The notes beneath the pieces were generated by a model. It searched no databases and had not been told where the DNA came from. It saw only the letters and a list, made by a program, of their open reading frames with translations. Shown here piece by piece: positions 7,209 to 16,864 of a stretch of DNA of 64,000 nt (positions are counted from its first letter, which is position 1; each line of letters starts with the position of its first letter). Position numbers and translations under genes: made by a program. This DNA comes from a virus, in the IMG/VR virus record IMGVR_UViG_3300047546_001881, positions 1-64,000 of that record; one strand, 5' to 3'.

Positions 7209-8258
7209 ATGGAGCTTCTAGATATCAAAAAGATTTACTTGCAAGAGTCTTGTGAATCTCAAGAAAGAACACAGCAAATCTTACAAAGATTTCCTACTGC
7301 AGAAAAAATCTTAGTAAAGAATCATTGGAAAATTCCAGAGCTTCAAGACGAAAGTCTAATTGAAAGCTGGAATCTGGTAAAGAAAAATATTTTAGTAATA
7401 GGTAATATAAAAAGCTTTACTTCTACTTCTAATGGAAGAAGTACAGATTTTATAGCTCCTAGTCACTCAAATGGTTGCGCTCTATCTTGTGCTTATTGCT
7501 ATGTTGGAAGACGTAAAGGTGCTTCTAATCCAATTACAGTCTTCTCTAATATAGAAGATATAATCAAAGCAATAGATAAGCATGCTTCCGTTTTACCTGA
7601 TAAGACACCTAATCAATGTGATCCAGTTTATTGGACCTATGATATAGGCTGTAACAATGATGCTTCAGTAGATGATTTAGTTTCTGATAATGTAAAAGAT
7701 CTAATTGATTACTTTGCTGATTCAAAAAATATCAAAGCTTCATTTGCTACCAAGTTTGTAAATAACAAATTACTAAACTACAATCCTAAAAATAAAACTC
7801 GCATTAGATTCTCTCTAATGCCTGAAAACGTAAGAAAAGTAGTAGATGTAAGAACATCTACTACAACTCAAAAAATCAAAGCCATTAACGATTTTCATGA
7901 AGCAGGCTATGAAGTTCATTTAAACTTCTCTCCAGTTATTCTTACTGAAACTTGGGAAGAAGATTACGCTGAACTATTTGAGGAAATATTTGACAATGTT
8001 TCAGGTTCTGCCTATACGAATCTAAAACATGAAGTTATATTTCTAACTCATAACGAAGCTTTACATGATCTCAACTTAAAATGGCACCCAAAAGCAGAAG
8101 ACTTACTTTGGCGTCCTGATATACAAGAACCTAAGTTTAGTTTAAACGGCGCCAAAAACATTAGATATAGTAATGCTTACAGATACAGTTCTATTTATAT
8201 CTTTAAAACTCTTATAAATAGATACCTTCCTTTCACTCCAATCAGATATATATTTTAA
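7209..8258 (+). CDS. spore photoproduct lyase-family radical SAM protein
   Basis: CALSCAYC (CxxxCxxC), YDIGCNND, FATK, RIRFSLMP, GYEVHLNFSPVI motifs. Confidence 0.85.
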   Translation: MELLDIKKIYLQESCESQERTQQILQRFPTAEKILVKNHWKIPELQDESLIESWNLVKKNILVIGNIKSFTSTSNGRSTDFIAPSHSNGCALSCAYCYVGRRKGASNPITVFSNIEDIIKAIDKHASVLPDKTPNQCDPVYWTYDIGCNNDASVDDLVSDNVKDLIDYFADSKNIKASFATKFVNNKLLNYNPKNKTRIRFSLMPENVRKVVDVRTSTTTQKIKAINDFHEAGYEVHLNFSPVILTETWEEDYAELFEEIFDNVSGSAYTNLKHEVIFLTHNEALHDLNLKWHPKAEDLLWRPDIQEPKFSLNGAKNIRYSNAYRYSSIYIFKTLINRYLPFTPIRYIF

Positions 8259-8424
8259 TGTTCAATCACGCTGAAACCGAAATCCTCAATCAGTCTCTTA
8301 CCAACTACAAGAATATTTTGCTTGAGGAACAAGAATGCTTTGCTCCGAATGATGAAGAATATCATTCTATCGAAGCTGAACTTAATCTCCTAGCAACCAT
8401 TCAAGAAAAACTAAAGAAGCAAAA

Positions 8425-8631
8425 ATGACAAACGAACGCTTTATTGTTAGATCAATTTACGACAAGGCTACCGACACCACTTCATGGATTATTAAAGATA
8501 ATCATCGCTCTCCGGAGTACATTGCAGGAGTGGGTACTAGGTTTTCGAGTTTTGAAGAAGCTTCTTATGTAGCTTGGGCACTAAACACTAATCCTCAGTT
8601 TCAGAGACAAGTCTATACTACGACTTTCTAG
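8425..8631 (+). CDS. hypothetical protein
   Basis: 68-aa ORF in operon. Confidence 0.5.
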   Translation: MTNERFIVRSIYDKATDTTSWIIKDNHRSPEYIAGVGTRFSSFEEASYVAWALNTNPQFQRQVYTTTF

Positions 8632-8633
8632 GA

Positions 8634-8858
8634 GTGACCATGTACGTATCAGTTCAAGAGATTCAGAATCTCATTGAAAACCTTAAAGGTACTTATGGTG
8701 CAGACGCTACCATCAGTGTAGCTCGATTCATTTCTCTGCTAAATCTTCTTATTCAAGAAGAAGAAAAGCGCATGGATTTGATGGCAGAGGAATACTTTGC
8801 TAGACAGCATCAGCTTGAAGGTCGAGAAAGCCAGCTCCAGCTGAAGCTTTACGGCTGA
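8634..8858 (+). CDS. hypothetical protein
   Basis: 74-aa ORF followed by terminator. Confidence 0.5.
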   Translation: MTMYVSVQEIQNLIENLKGTYGADATISVARFISLLNLLIQEEEKRMDLMAEEYFARQHQLEGRESQLQLKLYG

Positions 8859-8868
8859 TACTGTACAT

Positions 8869-8922
8869 AGCGTCCAGTCTATTCTGTGGTTTATCCTCAG
8901 TTTAGACTGGACGTTCTTTTTT
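8869..8922 (+). terminator. intrinsic terminator
   Basis: AGCGTCCAGTCTA / TAGACTGGACGTT plus T-run. Confidence 0.6.
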
Positions 8923-9076
8923 ATGAAAGTAAATAAAATACCCCCTGTCTTATCTTTAACATCTAACAGAGATTTAATTAAGTATTGTAGTACTTGTAAG
9001 TACTACAATCGCACAACCATTCTTGTTAATGGTTTCTGTATTAGATGTTATCAACAATCTTTACCAAAGAAAAAAG

Positions 9077-9838
9077 ATGTACAATAAAACAATACATTTA
9101 TATGATGATCAAATCGGTAAAGTTGAATATGTAGAGCATATGGGCAGTGATTTAACTGCAGTTAATAGTGCAAGAGTGTCTTTTGGAGTTCACAAAACTG
9201 AACTTGATAATAAAGACAAGAAACTTATTCAGTATCTAATTGATCATAAGCATACATCTACTTTAGAACATAACATTGTTACTTTAAGATTCAAAGTACC
9301 ATTGTTTGTTCGATCCCAGCATCACCGACACCGTACCTGGTCATATAACGAAATTTCTCGTCGCTACACTGACAGTGGTATTGAGTTCTATGAACCAGTA
9401 GAGTTTAGAACTCAGCACAAGTCAAATCGACAAGCAAGCAATGCGCAAGAGTTAATTGATCCTCTAATCTTGCATGAAGATGACGGATTGTTCTTTGTCG
9501 GAGATGAAGCAGGAATGCCTGCCTCACAATTGGTAAGAGAGCACCACAAGAATACACTTGCTTTGTTCGAAGCACTGATAGCTGCTGGTGTGTGCAGGGA
9601 GCAAGCACGAGGTGTTCTACCTCAGAATCTCTACACAGAATACTATGGAACTGTTAACGCTAATAATCTATTTAAGTTTATTAGTTTGCGCCTTCACGAA
9701 GGCGCTCAGTGGGAAATAGTAAAAGTAGCTGAAGCTTGTCTTGAGATTGCATATGATCTTTGGCCTGAAATTACAAGTGCTTTTATAAAAGCTTCTCCTA
9801 ACAATCTTATGGAAGATTACTTCCTTAAAAAAGGTTAA
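9077..9838 (+). CDS. thyX: FAD-dependent thymidylate synthase
   Basis: SARVS, HTSTLEH, RHRTWSYNEISRRY, EQARGVLP, AQWEI motifs. Confidence 0.95.
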   Translation: MYNKTIHLYDDQIGKVEYVEHMGSDLTAVNSARVSFGVHKTELDNKDKKLIQYLIDHKHTSTLEHNIVTLRFKVPLFVRSQHHRHRTWSYNEISRRYTDSGIEFYEPVEFRTQHKSNRQASNAQELIDPLILHEDDGLFFVGDEAGMPASQLVREHHKNTLALFEALIAAGVCREQARGVLPQNLYTEYYGTVNANNLFKFISLRLHEGAQWEIVKVAEACLEIAYDLWPEITSAFIKASPNNLMEDYFLKKG

Positions 9839-9843
9839 ATCCA

Positions 9844-10224
9844 ATGGAAAGAGATTGGCGCTTATATAACAATATTGATGCTAATACTTTTCTTTTAGAA
9901 ATGTTAGAACTTGGCAAGCCTTTAGAAGTTTCGCTAGTAGGTGCATTTGATGAAGAAGGTAGAGGAAGCCGAAGAGACATCCCTTTACCTTTTCATAAAG
10001 ATGGCGACTATACTACCGAATATAAAGATAAAATTAAGTATGTTGGTCTTTATTGTTTACGTGAAGGAGGTGACGCTTCTTTACTAATAGAAGATTCCTA
10101 TTTAAATGTGTTGACTATTAAATTGAAAACTGGACAAGCGATAGTTTTTAATAATACTACTTGTAGACATGCAAGAGAAGGTACTGTTAGTGATAGAGTT
10201 CTTTTAAGAGTCTGGATAGGCTAA
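9844..10224 (+). CDS. minimal TauD-like Fe(II)/2OG oxygenase
   Basis: PFHKDG (HxD) ... VFNN..CRHAR ... RVLLRVW. Confidence 0.6.
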   Translation: MERDWRLYNNIDANTFLLEMLELGKPLEVSLVGAFDEEGRGSRRDIPLPFHKDGDYTTEYKDKIKYVGLYCLREGGDASLLIEDSYLNVLTIKLKTGQAIVFNNTTCRHAREGTVSDRVLLRVWIG

Positions 10225-10234
10225 AGGAAAAACA

Positions 10235-10810
10235 ATGCATCCCATTCTACAAAAAGTTCAGCAATTAGGTTTTAAGGTCTTTTCAGACGGAGACTACGAT
10301 TTAAATATTATTGGTGTTCGCAAAGCTAATGGTACTCCAAATGCTTTTGACGATACCCTTTACTGCATTTATAAAGTAAATGGTGTATGGCAAGTTAAGC
10401 AGTGGAGGATCACAACTGATCCTGGACTTTATTGGTTAAATAATCCAATGAACAGAATGGGTACAGCAGCAGTTGTAGCTGACAGACAATATAGAAGTCT
10501 TTGGCAGATTGGACTGCACAAGGGCTCTTATAAAGCCCTTGTGCAAGCTAACGACGTTTCAGTACACAGAGACACTAATAAAGATTCTAAAGTAGATTAT
10601 GATCCAACAAATATTCAAACTGGTCACTTTGGAATTAACTGTCATCGTGCTACTGAAAATAAAGGCGGCTCTATCAAAGTAGATAAGTGGTCTGCTGGCT
10701 GCCAAGTATTTGCTGATCCTGGTGACTTTGCAGAGTTCCTCTCTATATGTGACAAGCAAGTATCAGAAAGAGGTTGGACTAAGTTCACCTATACATTACT
10801 AAACGAGTAG
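10235..10810 (+). CDS. YkuD/L,D-transpeptidase-like peptidoglycan enzyme (possible endolysin)
   Basis: GINCHRA...WSAGCQV (H..S.GC) motif, TTDPG. Confidence 0.55.
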   Translation: MHPILQKVQQLGFKVFSDGDYDLNIIGVRKANGTPNAFDDTLYCIYKVNGVWQVKQWRITTDPGLYWLNNPMNRMGTAAVVADRQYRSLWQIGLHKGSYKALVQANDVSVHRDTNKDSKVDYDPTNIQTGHFGINCHRATENKGGSIKVDKWSAGCQVFADPGDFAEFLSICDKQVSERGWTKFTYTLLNE

Positions 10811-10814
10811 TATC

Positions 10815-11075
10815 ATGAATGTCTTAGGTAAGATACTAGTAACTTTATCTCAGTTAAACGCTTTATATGAGTTATTAGATTGGGATGAAGAACTTGCAAC
10901 AGCTCTTTTAGAGAGATGGCACTTAAATCAAAGTGCCATCTTATGTGTACCTGCTAGTTTAAGAGCCTCTTACATGGCCTCTTACTTACCTGAGAATAAT
11001 ATTGAACACATATATTCGTTAACAAATTGGTTGATAGAAAACGGAGCTAATGGTGGGAATTTTTTCCAGAATTAA
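10815..11075 (+). CDS. hypothetical protein
   Basis: 86-aa ORF. Confidence 0.45.
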   Translation: MNVLGKILVTLSQLNALYELLDWDEELATALLERWHLNQSAILCVPASLRASYMASYLPENNIEHIYSLTNWLIENGANGGNFFQN

Positions 11076-11484
11076 AAACAAATTTATACCTGAAGTAAAT
11101 TCTGTAACAGCTACATTTACTAGTTTACCAGGCTTTACTAAAGAGCATAGCGCATGGCTACTTACAGACGCTTCAGGTAATCATTGGCGTTTTAGAAACG
11201 GACAGCCTTCACCTCTAGGAAAATATAATCCTAAAGATAGAGGTACTCTTTATGTAGATTTATCCATTGAAGAAAATAAAAGATTTGCCGTTGTTCTAAT
11301 GAAAAAAACTATTGATGTAGTAACGCATCCAAACGAAGAAGATACTAAATATGTAATTGATGCTAAGTGTTCAATTACTGGAATTGAGATTAAGAATTCA
11401 GAAAAAAATCTGTTTGATACTTTGTTTGCAATAGTAGAAGCTAGGGGGTTTTTATTCTTGCCAGAATCTTCAAAGCCCTTTTAA
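11050..11484 (+). CDS. hypothetical protein
   Basis: 144-aa ORF, GGAG RBS. Confidence 0.5.
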   Translation: MVGIFSRIKNKFIPEVNSVTATFTSLPGFTKEHSAWLLTDASGNHWRFRNGQPSPLGKYNPKDRGTLYVDLSIEENKRFAVVLMKKTIDVVTHPNEEDTKYVIDAKCSITGIEIKNSEKNLFDTLFAIVEARGFLFLPESSKPF

Positions 11485-11815
11485 TATCTGAAGTGCTGAA
11501 TATCTCTCTTAGCTCTGCAATTAATTTATTCTTTGGATTCTTACTTCCATGGACCCCTTGAGGTCCCATATGACAGCTCTTACATAAAGTAATTCCGTTA
11601 TCTAAAAATAAAGTATACTCTGGAACATAAAATTTACTTACCATGTGATGAGCATGACTGTTCTTTTTACTTCCACAAGATAAGCAAGTGAATTCATCTC
11701 TTGTTCTTATCTTCTTAGACCAGTCTTTTAATAAAGACTGGTCAGCTCTTGGAGCAGTTCTCTTGTATTTAATTTTAGGTTTTGGCTTTCTATATAAGTT
11801 TCTTTTTAAAAGCAT
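11441..11815 (-). CDS. HNH endonuclease
   Basis: RDEFTCLSCG...AHH...DNGITLCKSCH. Confidence 0.85.
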   Translation of the reverse strand: MLLKRNLYRKPKPKIKYKRTAPRADQSLLKDWSKKIRTRDEFTCLSCGSKKNSHAHHMVSKFYVPEYTLFLDNGITLCKSCHMGPQGVHGSKNPKNKLIAELREIFSTSDIKRALKILARIKTP

Positions 11816-11862
11816 AAGAGCCTCTAAAATAAGTATACTTTAATTAACTTATAGAAAACAGT

Positions 11863-11950
11863 AGCGGCGTTTCCGCCGCTGTGTTTGGTGGATGCTGGCA
11901 AACTTAATTAGAAGTTTGCGGCGTTTCCGCCGCTGTGTTGTTTGGCCGTT
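11863..11950. promoter_or_regulatory. recurrent hairpin motif, copies 2 and 3 (direct repeat)
   Basis: GCGGCG TTTC CGCCGC TGTGTT twice, each followed by TTTGG, upstream of ssb. Confidence 0.65.
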
Positions 11951-11987
11951 TGGCTATTACCACAACATTAACTATTCAGGCAAAACT

Positions 11988-12362
11988 ATGAACAACTTTA
12001 TGGGTATTGGTAACATTGGTCAGGATCCCGAGCTGCGCACCACTCCTAGTGGTCGTGCAGTTACCAACTTTAATGTGGCGATTGATCGCCGCTTCTACGC
12101 TGGTGAGGGCAACGACCGTCGCCTTGTTCGTGAGACTGATTGGATCCCTGTAGTTGTCTGGGGACCGCTTGCAGAGAACTGCGTTAAGTATCTGCAAAAG
12201 GGTAGCAAGATTGGTTTCGAGGGCACGATTCGTCCTCGCAACTACACTGATACCAGTGGCACCCGTCATAGCACCTTTGAGATCGTCGCTAGCAAGGTGC
12301 ATTTCCTCGAGCGCATTCGCGGCAACCATGACGAAGTGGTTGACACCGAGACTTCCGCTTGA
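11988..12362 (+). CDS. ssb: single-stranded DNA-binding protein
   Basis: IGNIGQDPELRTTPSG, TDWIPVVVWG, YLQKGS OB-fold motifs. Confidence 0.93.
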   Translation: MNNFMGIGNIGQDPELRTTPSGRAVTNFNVAIDRRFYAGEGNDRRLVRETDWIPVVVWGPLAENCVKYLQKGSKIGFEGTIRPRNYTDTSGTRHSTFEIVASKVHFLERIRGNHDEVVDTETSA

Positions 12363-12365
12363 TTT

Positions 12366-12411
12366 AAAGAACGAGTTCTGTGCATTAGCACGGGACTCGT
12401 TCTTTTCTTTT
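12366..12411 (+). terminator. intrinsic terminator
   Basis: AAGAACGAGTTCTGTGC / GCACGGGACTCGTTCTT plus T-run. Confidence 0.65.
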
Positions 12412-12434
12412 ATCGAAGGAGTAACTTATGCCCG

Positions 12435-12914
12435 GTGTATTATAAAGATTTTATAAATCATCCCCACTTTTTTGATCCTTCTCCTCCAGGTAAGCAAACT
12501 CATTTTGCTGTCGGATACATAGGTAAACAAAAGCTTATCGGATATAATAAGAATAAAACTAATCCTAATTTTGTTTGGAAAGGAAGCAAAGACATTATAG
12601 TTTCTTCGATTCACGCAGAAATTGATGTGCTTGCTAAAATTCCTCTACACAAAAGAAAAGATTTAGTTTTGTATGTAACTAGATTGAAAAGAAAATCTAA
12701 TAATGGTTACACCATTCATGATAGTAGACCTTGCTGTCATTGCATTGATTTTCTTATCAAAAACCATGTTAAGCTTAAGAATATCTGGTATACAGATTCC
12801 AATGGCAAGTGGACTTGCCTCAAAGATACATATGGAGATGAAGATGAGATTCTTGCAAGAAAGCACTACTGCGTTAGTAAAAAAGCTGAGAGACACCAAT
12901 CTAGCAAAAGATGA
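12435..12914 (+). CDS. cytidine deaminase-superfamily protein
   Basis: IHAE ... LYVTR ... SRPCCHC Zn motif. Confidence 0.8.
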   Translation: MYYKDFINHPHFFDPSPPGKQTHFAVGYIGKQKLIGYNKNKTNPNFVWKGSKDIIVSSIHAEIDVLAKIPLHKRKDLVLYVTRLKRKSNNGYTIHDSRPCCHCIDFLIKNHVKLKNIWYTDSNGKWTCLKDTYGDEDEILARKHYCVSKKAERHQSSKR

Positions 12915-12994
12915 TCTGATTATAAAATATGAGAAACTCATTAGTGAGCTTCTCGTAGAACTTAAACAGATGAAACAAGAATTAGAAGATAGGA

Positions 12995-13264
12995 ATGCAA
13001 ATGATAGTCAATGAGTATCTATGCTATTTCCTATCTTTTATAGGGTTGGTACAAATTGTTTCTGTTACTAAGATTTTTCTTAACTTTGTTTATTTTAAAT
13101 TGAAGAAGATAGATCCTCCCCTGTCTTTGGAAGAAATGAATATACAGATGTTAAAAAGAGAAAACTCTCAGCTTCTAAATAAGATAGAGCATTTAGAAAA
13201 AGAAAATTCAGATATTACTAATTTAATATTACAAAGGATGTCTAATGCAAACCTACGAAGTTGA
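12995..13264 (+). CDS. membrane-anchored coiled-coil protein
   Basis: N-terminal TM plus heptads. Confidence 0.45.
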   Translation: MQMIVNEYLCYFLSFIGLVQIVSVTKIFLNFVYFKLKKIDPPLSLEEMNIQMLKRENSQLLNKIEHLEKENSDITNLILQRMSNANLRS

Positions 13265-13541
13265 AGTCGCTACTTACCATGCTTTTCTTATTAAAGCTGA
13301 AAACGAAGAGGCTGCTAAAGAAGAAGCTCTTTCAAGAGCAGATAACCAGCCTTCTATTTATGAGGCTGTAGTTTTAGACTGTGACCTTTATGAGACTGAT
13401 GTAGAAGAGCTGTTTGATTCTGGACTTGTTCCATACACTCCATACGTTAAACCACAACCAGTAACTACACCTGAGCCAGCTGGCTATTCTCCTTATATGA
13501 GACAGCAGACTCAGTCTGGTTATCGTTTTTACGCTGCATGA
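13245..13541 (+). CDS. hypothetical protein
   Basis: AENEEAAKE motif typical of small phage proteins; terminator follows. Confidence 0.55.
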   Translation: MQTYEVEVATYHAFLIKAENEEAAKEEALSRADNQPSIYEAVVLDCDLYETDVEELFDSGLVPYTPYVKPQPVTTPEPAGYSPYMRQQTQSGYRFYAA

Positions 13542-13552
13542 AGTAATGAGTG

Positions 13553-13591
13553 GCAAGGTCGTATAGTTTTTCTATGCGGCCTTGCTTTTTT
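13553..13591 (+). terminator. intrinsic terminator
   Basis: GCAAGGTCGTATAG / CTATGCGGCCTTGC plus T-run. Confidence 0.6.
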
Positions 13592-13658
13592 CTTTGCAAA
13601 AAAAGTAAAAGAAATATGACCTTATTACAAAAGGTAATAAGAAGAATAGAGTATTCTA

Positions 13659-15434
13659 ATGTCATCTCCCTCAATACCATTGATTATACTGAGCATTGAA
13701 TCTGGAATACCAATACCAGATACTCGCTTTTCTTTCGTTTTACCAAATGTAGATGCTAAGAAATTTAGTGTTCCTCGCACTACTATTAATGGTTCAAAGC
13801 AAAAGTATTTTGCTATAGCTATATCATTTGAAAATGAAGATAACTTATCTGTTATCCAAGATACAGAAAATAAGCTATTTTCAATAGAAGAGTATGGTGT
13901 TCTTTGCGTTTTAATAAGTAGCGAAGCTTCAGATTATTCTATTACATACAATTGTAAGGCTATTGAAACCTTTCAATTGAGTTCTTTTACTTTAAACAGC
14001 GAAGAGACTTACTCTGTTACTTACAGTAAGTTAAAAAATAAAGAAGTCTTCGGAGAAGAAGAACTTTATAACGACTTAATTACTCTTGTTACTCATATTA
14101 GAGATAAAGAAGATATCTTTTCGCAAGAGGCAGCCAATGCACTGGCTGCAACTAAAAATCTAACTACTATATGTAACGTTATTGTCCACGACTTAGATAT
14201 ACCTAAACAAACAAAGCTACTATATCTACATGCTCAATCTAATTTAGATCGAGTTACCATAGTAACTAAATGCTTGTTTGATATCTTAAGAGAACGAAAT
14301 AATATTTCAAATACTCTTCCTAAGAGAATGAATAGAAATATATTAGATTTCGTCACAAAAGACTCAGAAGACAATAACGAAGAAGATGATTCATCTACTA
14401 CTGATGATGAATCTCCTCCTACTTTAAGAGAAGTATCTTCTATCGCTGAAGAATTAATGCCTAAAGAATTTAAACAGGCATTAGCAGAATGTAGAAGTAG
14501 ACTTAAATCTTTGCCAAACCAAAGCATGGAATATCATGCTTTGAAAGAGTATCTTACTTGGTTAGAAAAAATTCCTTGGGGCAAAAAGTCTTACTCTACA
14601 CCTGATCTTAAAGCTTTAAAAGAGTATATGAACGAAAGTCATTTTGGATTAGATGACGTTAAACAAACAATTATGGAGCACATGGCTATTGAAAGTATCT
14701 GTGGTACTTCTAAAGGTCATGTACTCTGCTTTGTAGGACCTCCTGGAACTGGTAAGACTAGTATTGCTAACGCAATAGCTAAAGCTACCAATAGAAAAGC
14801 AATTAAGATTGCTTTAGGTGGTCTTGGAGATGAAGCAGAAATAAGAGGTCATCGCCGCACTTACGTTGCTTCTAGACCAGGCAGAGTAATTGCAGGAATT
14901 GTTTCCAAGGAAACAATGGATCCTATGTTTATCTTAGATGAAATAGATAAATTAGGTCACGGTAAATCTGATCCTTCAGCAGCTCTTCTAGAACTATTAG
15001 ATCCTGAACAAAACCATGAGTTCATAGACAGATACTTAGAAGTTCCAGTAGATCTTTCTAACGCTATGTTCGTCTGCACAGCAAACGATGAAGACAGTAT
15101 ACCTGCTGCTCTTAAAGACAGATTTGAAATCATCTACTTCAGAAACTATGAAGAAGATGAACGCAAAAAGATATTGAAAGATTACATAATACCAAATGCA
15201 ATATCTGACTACAATCTAGGTAATTTAAAAATATCTTTTGACGAGAGCTCGCTTTTGCTCGCTAGTTCCGTGGTTGGCTTAAGAGAAATAAAGACTACTG
15301 TTAAAAAGCTTTTAAGAAAAGCTGCTCTAGAAATACTTTCTGGAGCTGAATCAGTAGTAATTGATGAAAAAAGTATCAAAGACAATCTCAAAGTAAACAA
15401 AAATAAACACTTGCAAAGAAAAGTAGGTTTTTAA
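13659..15434 (+). CDS. Lon-type AAA+ ATPase lacking the C-terminal protease domain
   Basis: YLTWLEKIPW, HFGLDDVK, GPPGTGKT, AEIRGHRRTY, LDEIDK, ALLELLDPEQN; ends soon after the AAA lid. Confidence 0.9.
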   Translation: MSSPSIPLIILSIESGIPIPDTRFSFVLPNVDAKKFSVPRTTINGSKQKYFAIAISFENEDNLSVIQDTENKLFSIEEYGVLCVLISSEASDYSITYNCKAIETFQLSSFTLNSEETYSVTYSKLKNKEVFGEEELYNDLITLVTHIRDKEDIFSQEAANALAATKNLTTICNVIVHDLDIPKQTKLLYLHAQSNLDRVTIVTKCLFDILRERNNISNTLPKRMNRNILDFVTKDSEDNNEEDDSSTTDDESPPTLREVSSIAEELMPKEFKQALAECRSRLKSLPNQSMEYHALKEYLTWLEKIPWGKKSYSTPDLKALKEYMNESHFGLDDVKQTIMEHMAIESICGTSKGHVLCFVGPPGTGKTSIANAIAKATNRKAIKIALGGLGDEAEIRGHRRTYVASRPGRVIAGIVSKETMDPMFILDEIDKLGHGKSDPSAALLELLDPEQNHEFIDRYLEVPVDLSNAMFVCTANDEDSIPAALKDRFEIIYFRNYEEDERKKILKDYIIPNAISDYNLGNLKISFDESSLLLASSVVGLREIKTTVKKLLRKAALEILSGAESVVIDEKSIKDNLKVNKNKHLQRKVGF

Positions 15435-16255
15435 TGCACACTACAATTAGTCTTTCCTCTCTACCAGAAAGACTAGCAAAAAGCATTATCAGCATACATA
15501 ACAGCAATTCTTTTCTTAGTAAACTAGATCGTCTTAATCCAGTATATGCAGGTGGCTATCCAATGGCTCTTCTCCTTGCTCCAAGAAGCAAGGAGAATTC
15601 TATTACTAGTCACTACTCTGACTATGATTTATATTTCCAAAACCAAGATCAATGTAAAGATGCTATTGAGCTTATTAAAGCTGAATACACTGATCATGAA
15701 GAATTTGTAACTGAAAACGCTGTTACGATTGTTGGTAAGAAAGAAGAAAAGAAAATCACTTACCAAGTAGTAACAAAATTTAACTACAGTCCAGTAGATG
15801 TAGTTAATACTTTTGATTTTACAAATTGCGCAATAGCTTACACTCCTCATAATAATACTTTTACAACTCACGTAGATACAGTAAAAGATCATTGTGAAAA
15901 GAAGCTAAATATCCACAATCCTTGGATGCTAGATAAACTTCTAAATGATGAATTGACTGAAGACCAGATTAAAACTCTTGCTTCAGTTCAAATCGTAAGA
16001 TTTAAGAAGTACATGTATCGCTGGGATTACGAACTATCAGATTCTGCTTTTCAGAAACTAATAGAAGTATACAATAAGTTTCCGAGTATTATAGCAAAAA
16101 GAGGCTCTCCTTTAGTTATTGAAGAAGGCTCTTATAAAGGCTTTGTACACTTAGTAAAAACAAATCAAAACTTATGGCTTGGAATGCGTAGTTGCATAAC
16201 AAAACATAGGTTGTTTACAAAATTTGTAGATAAACACAAAGTATTTAGGAATTAA
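15434..16255 (+). CDS. nucleotidyltransferase (poly(A) polymerase/CCA head-like)
   Basis: YAGG ... SDYDLYF ... TENAVT ... FDFTNC pattern. Confidence 0.7.
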   Translation: MHTTISLSSLPERLAKSIISIHNSNSFLSKLDRLNPVYAGGYPMALLLAPRSKENSITSHYSDYDLYFQNQDQCKDAIELIKAEYTDHEEFVTENAVTIVGKKEEKKITYQVVTKFNYSPVDVVNTFDFTNCAIAYTPHNNTFTTHVDTVKDHCEKKLNIHNPWMLDKLLNDELTEDQIKTLASVQIVRFKKYMYRWDYELSDSAFQKLIEVYNKFPSIIAKRGSPLVIEEGSYKGFVHLVKTNQNLWLGMRSCITKHRLFTKFVDKHKVFRN

Positions 16256-16257
16256 AA

Positions 16258-16569
16258 ATGACTTACTCTTCTTACTTCTCTACTCCAGTAAATGATGTAG
16301 CCGCTGCAACAACTTCACAAGAGACTGCTCCTGCTACACAGTATGCTGGTTACGCTGAGTTTATGTCGAATCTAAATGATTCGAACTGGCTGTACTTCGT
16401 CTCTAGCGACGAAGAGATCTTTGCTCCAGTAACTCTTACTGCTTTCAAGCGTAGAGAAGATGCTAGAAACCTAAAGCGCCAACTAAGTGCCACTAATCCT
16501 AACGAGAATTTCTTTATTCAAAGATTCTCAGTTAGCATTTTCAACGATAATCTTAACGTAATTACCTGA
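16258..16569 (+). CDS. hypothetical protein
   Basis: 103-aa ORF, AGGA RBS, terminator follows. Confidence 0.55.
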   Translation: MTYSSYFSTPVNDVAAATTSQETAPATQYAGYAEFMSNLNDSNWLYFVSSDEEIFAPVTLTAFKRREDARNLKRQLSATNPNENFFIQRFSVSIFNDNLNVIT

Positions 16570-16575
16570 TTGCAT

Positions 16576-16617
16576 GCCTGGGTGGTATTTCACGATACCA
16601 CCCAGGCTTTGTTGTTT
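16576..16617 (+). terminator. intrinsic terminator
   Basis: GCCTGGGTGGTAT / ATACCACCCAGGC perfect 13-bp stem followed by T-rich tail. Confidence 0.7.
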
Positions 16618-16642
16618 AATTTATTTTCTTTAGTAGTTTCAC

Positions 16643-16864
16643 ATGAAATACAAATTAGTATGTTATGACTCTGACAATTGTGGTTTCGTTGAATATTTAG
16701 AAGATATTCCGGACGATTTTATTTGTGAAAATTGTGCAGGCATATCAGCTTTATACAATATTCACTCAACTCCAATTCACACTAGATCTAAACCAGATCT
16801 AGATAAAGAACTAACCAAACTATTAGAGAGAGTAAATAAATACAATGGAAATCAATCTCAATAG
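16643..16864 (+). CDS. small Zn-ribbon protein
   Basis: CYDSDNCG ... CENCAG. Confidence 0.55.
   Translation: MKYKLVCYDSDNCGFVEYLEDIPDDFICENCAGISALYNIHSTPIHTRSKPDLDKELTKLLERVNKYNGNQSQ

Noticed and set aside
11892-11987. N-terminal extension of SSB given by the ORF track
   Set aside because: It runs through the hairpin repeat; the OB fold begins at ATG 11988.
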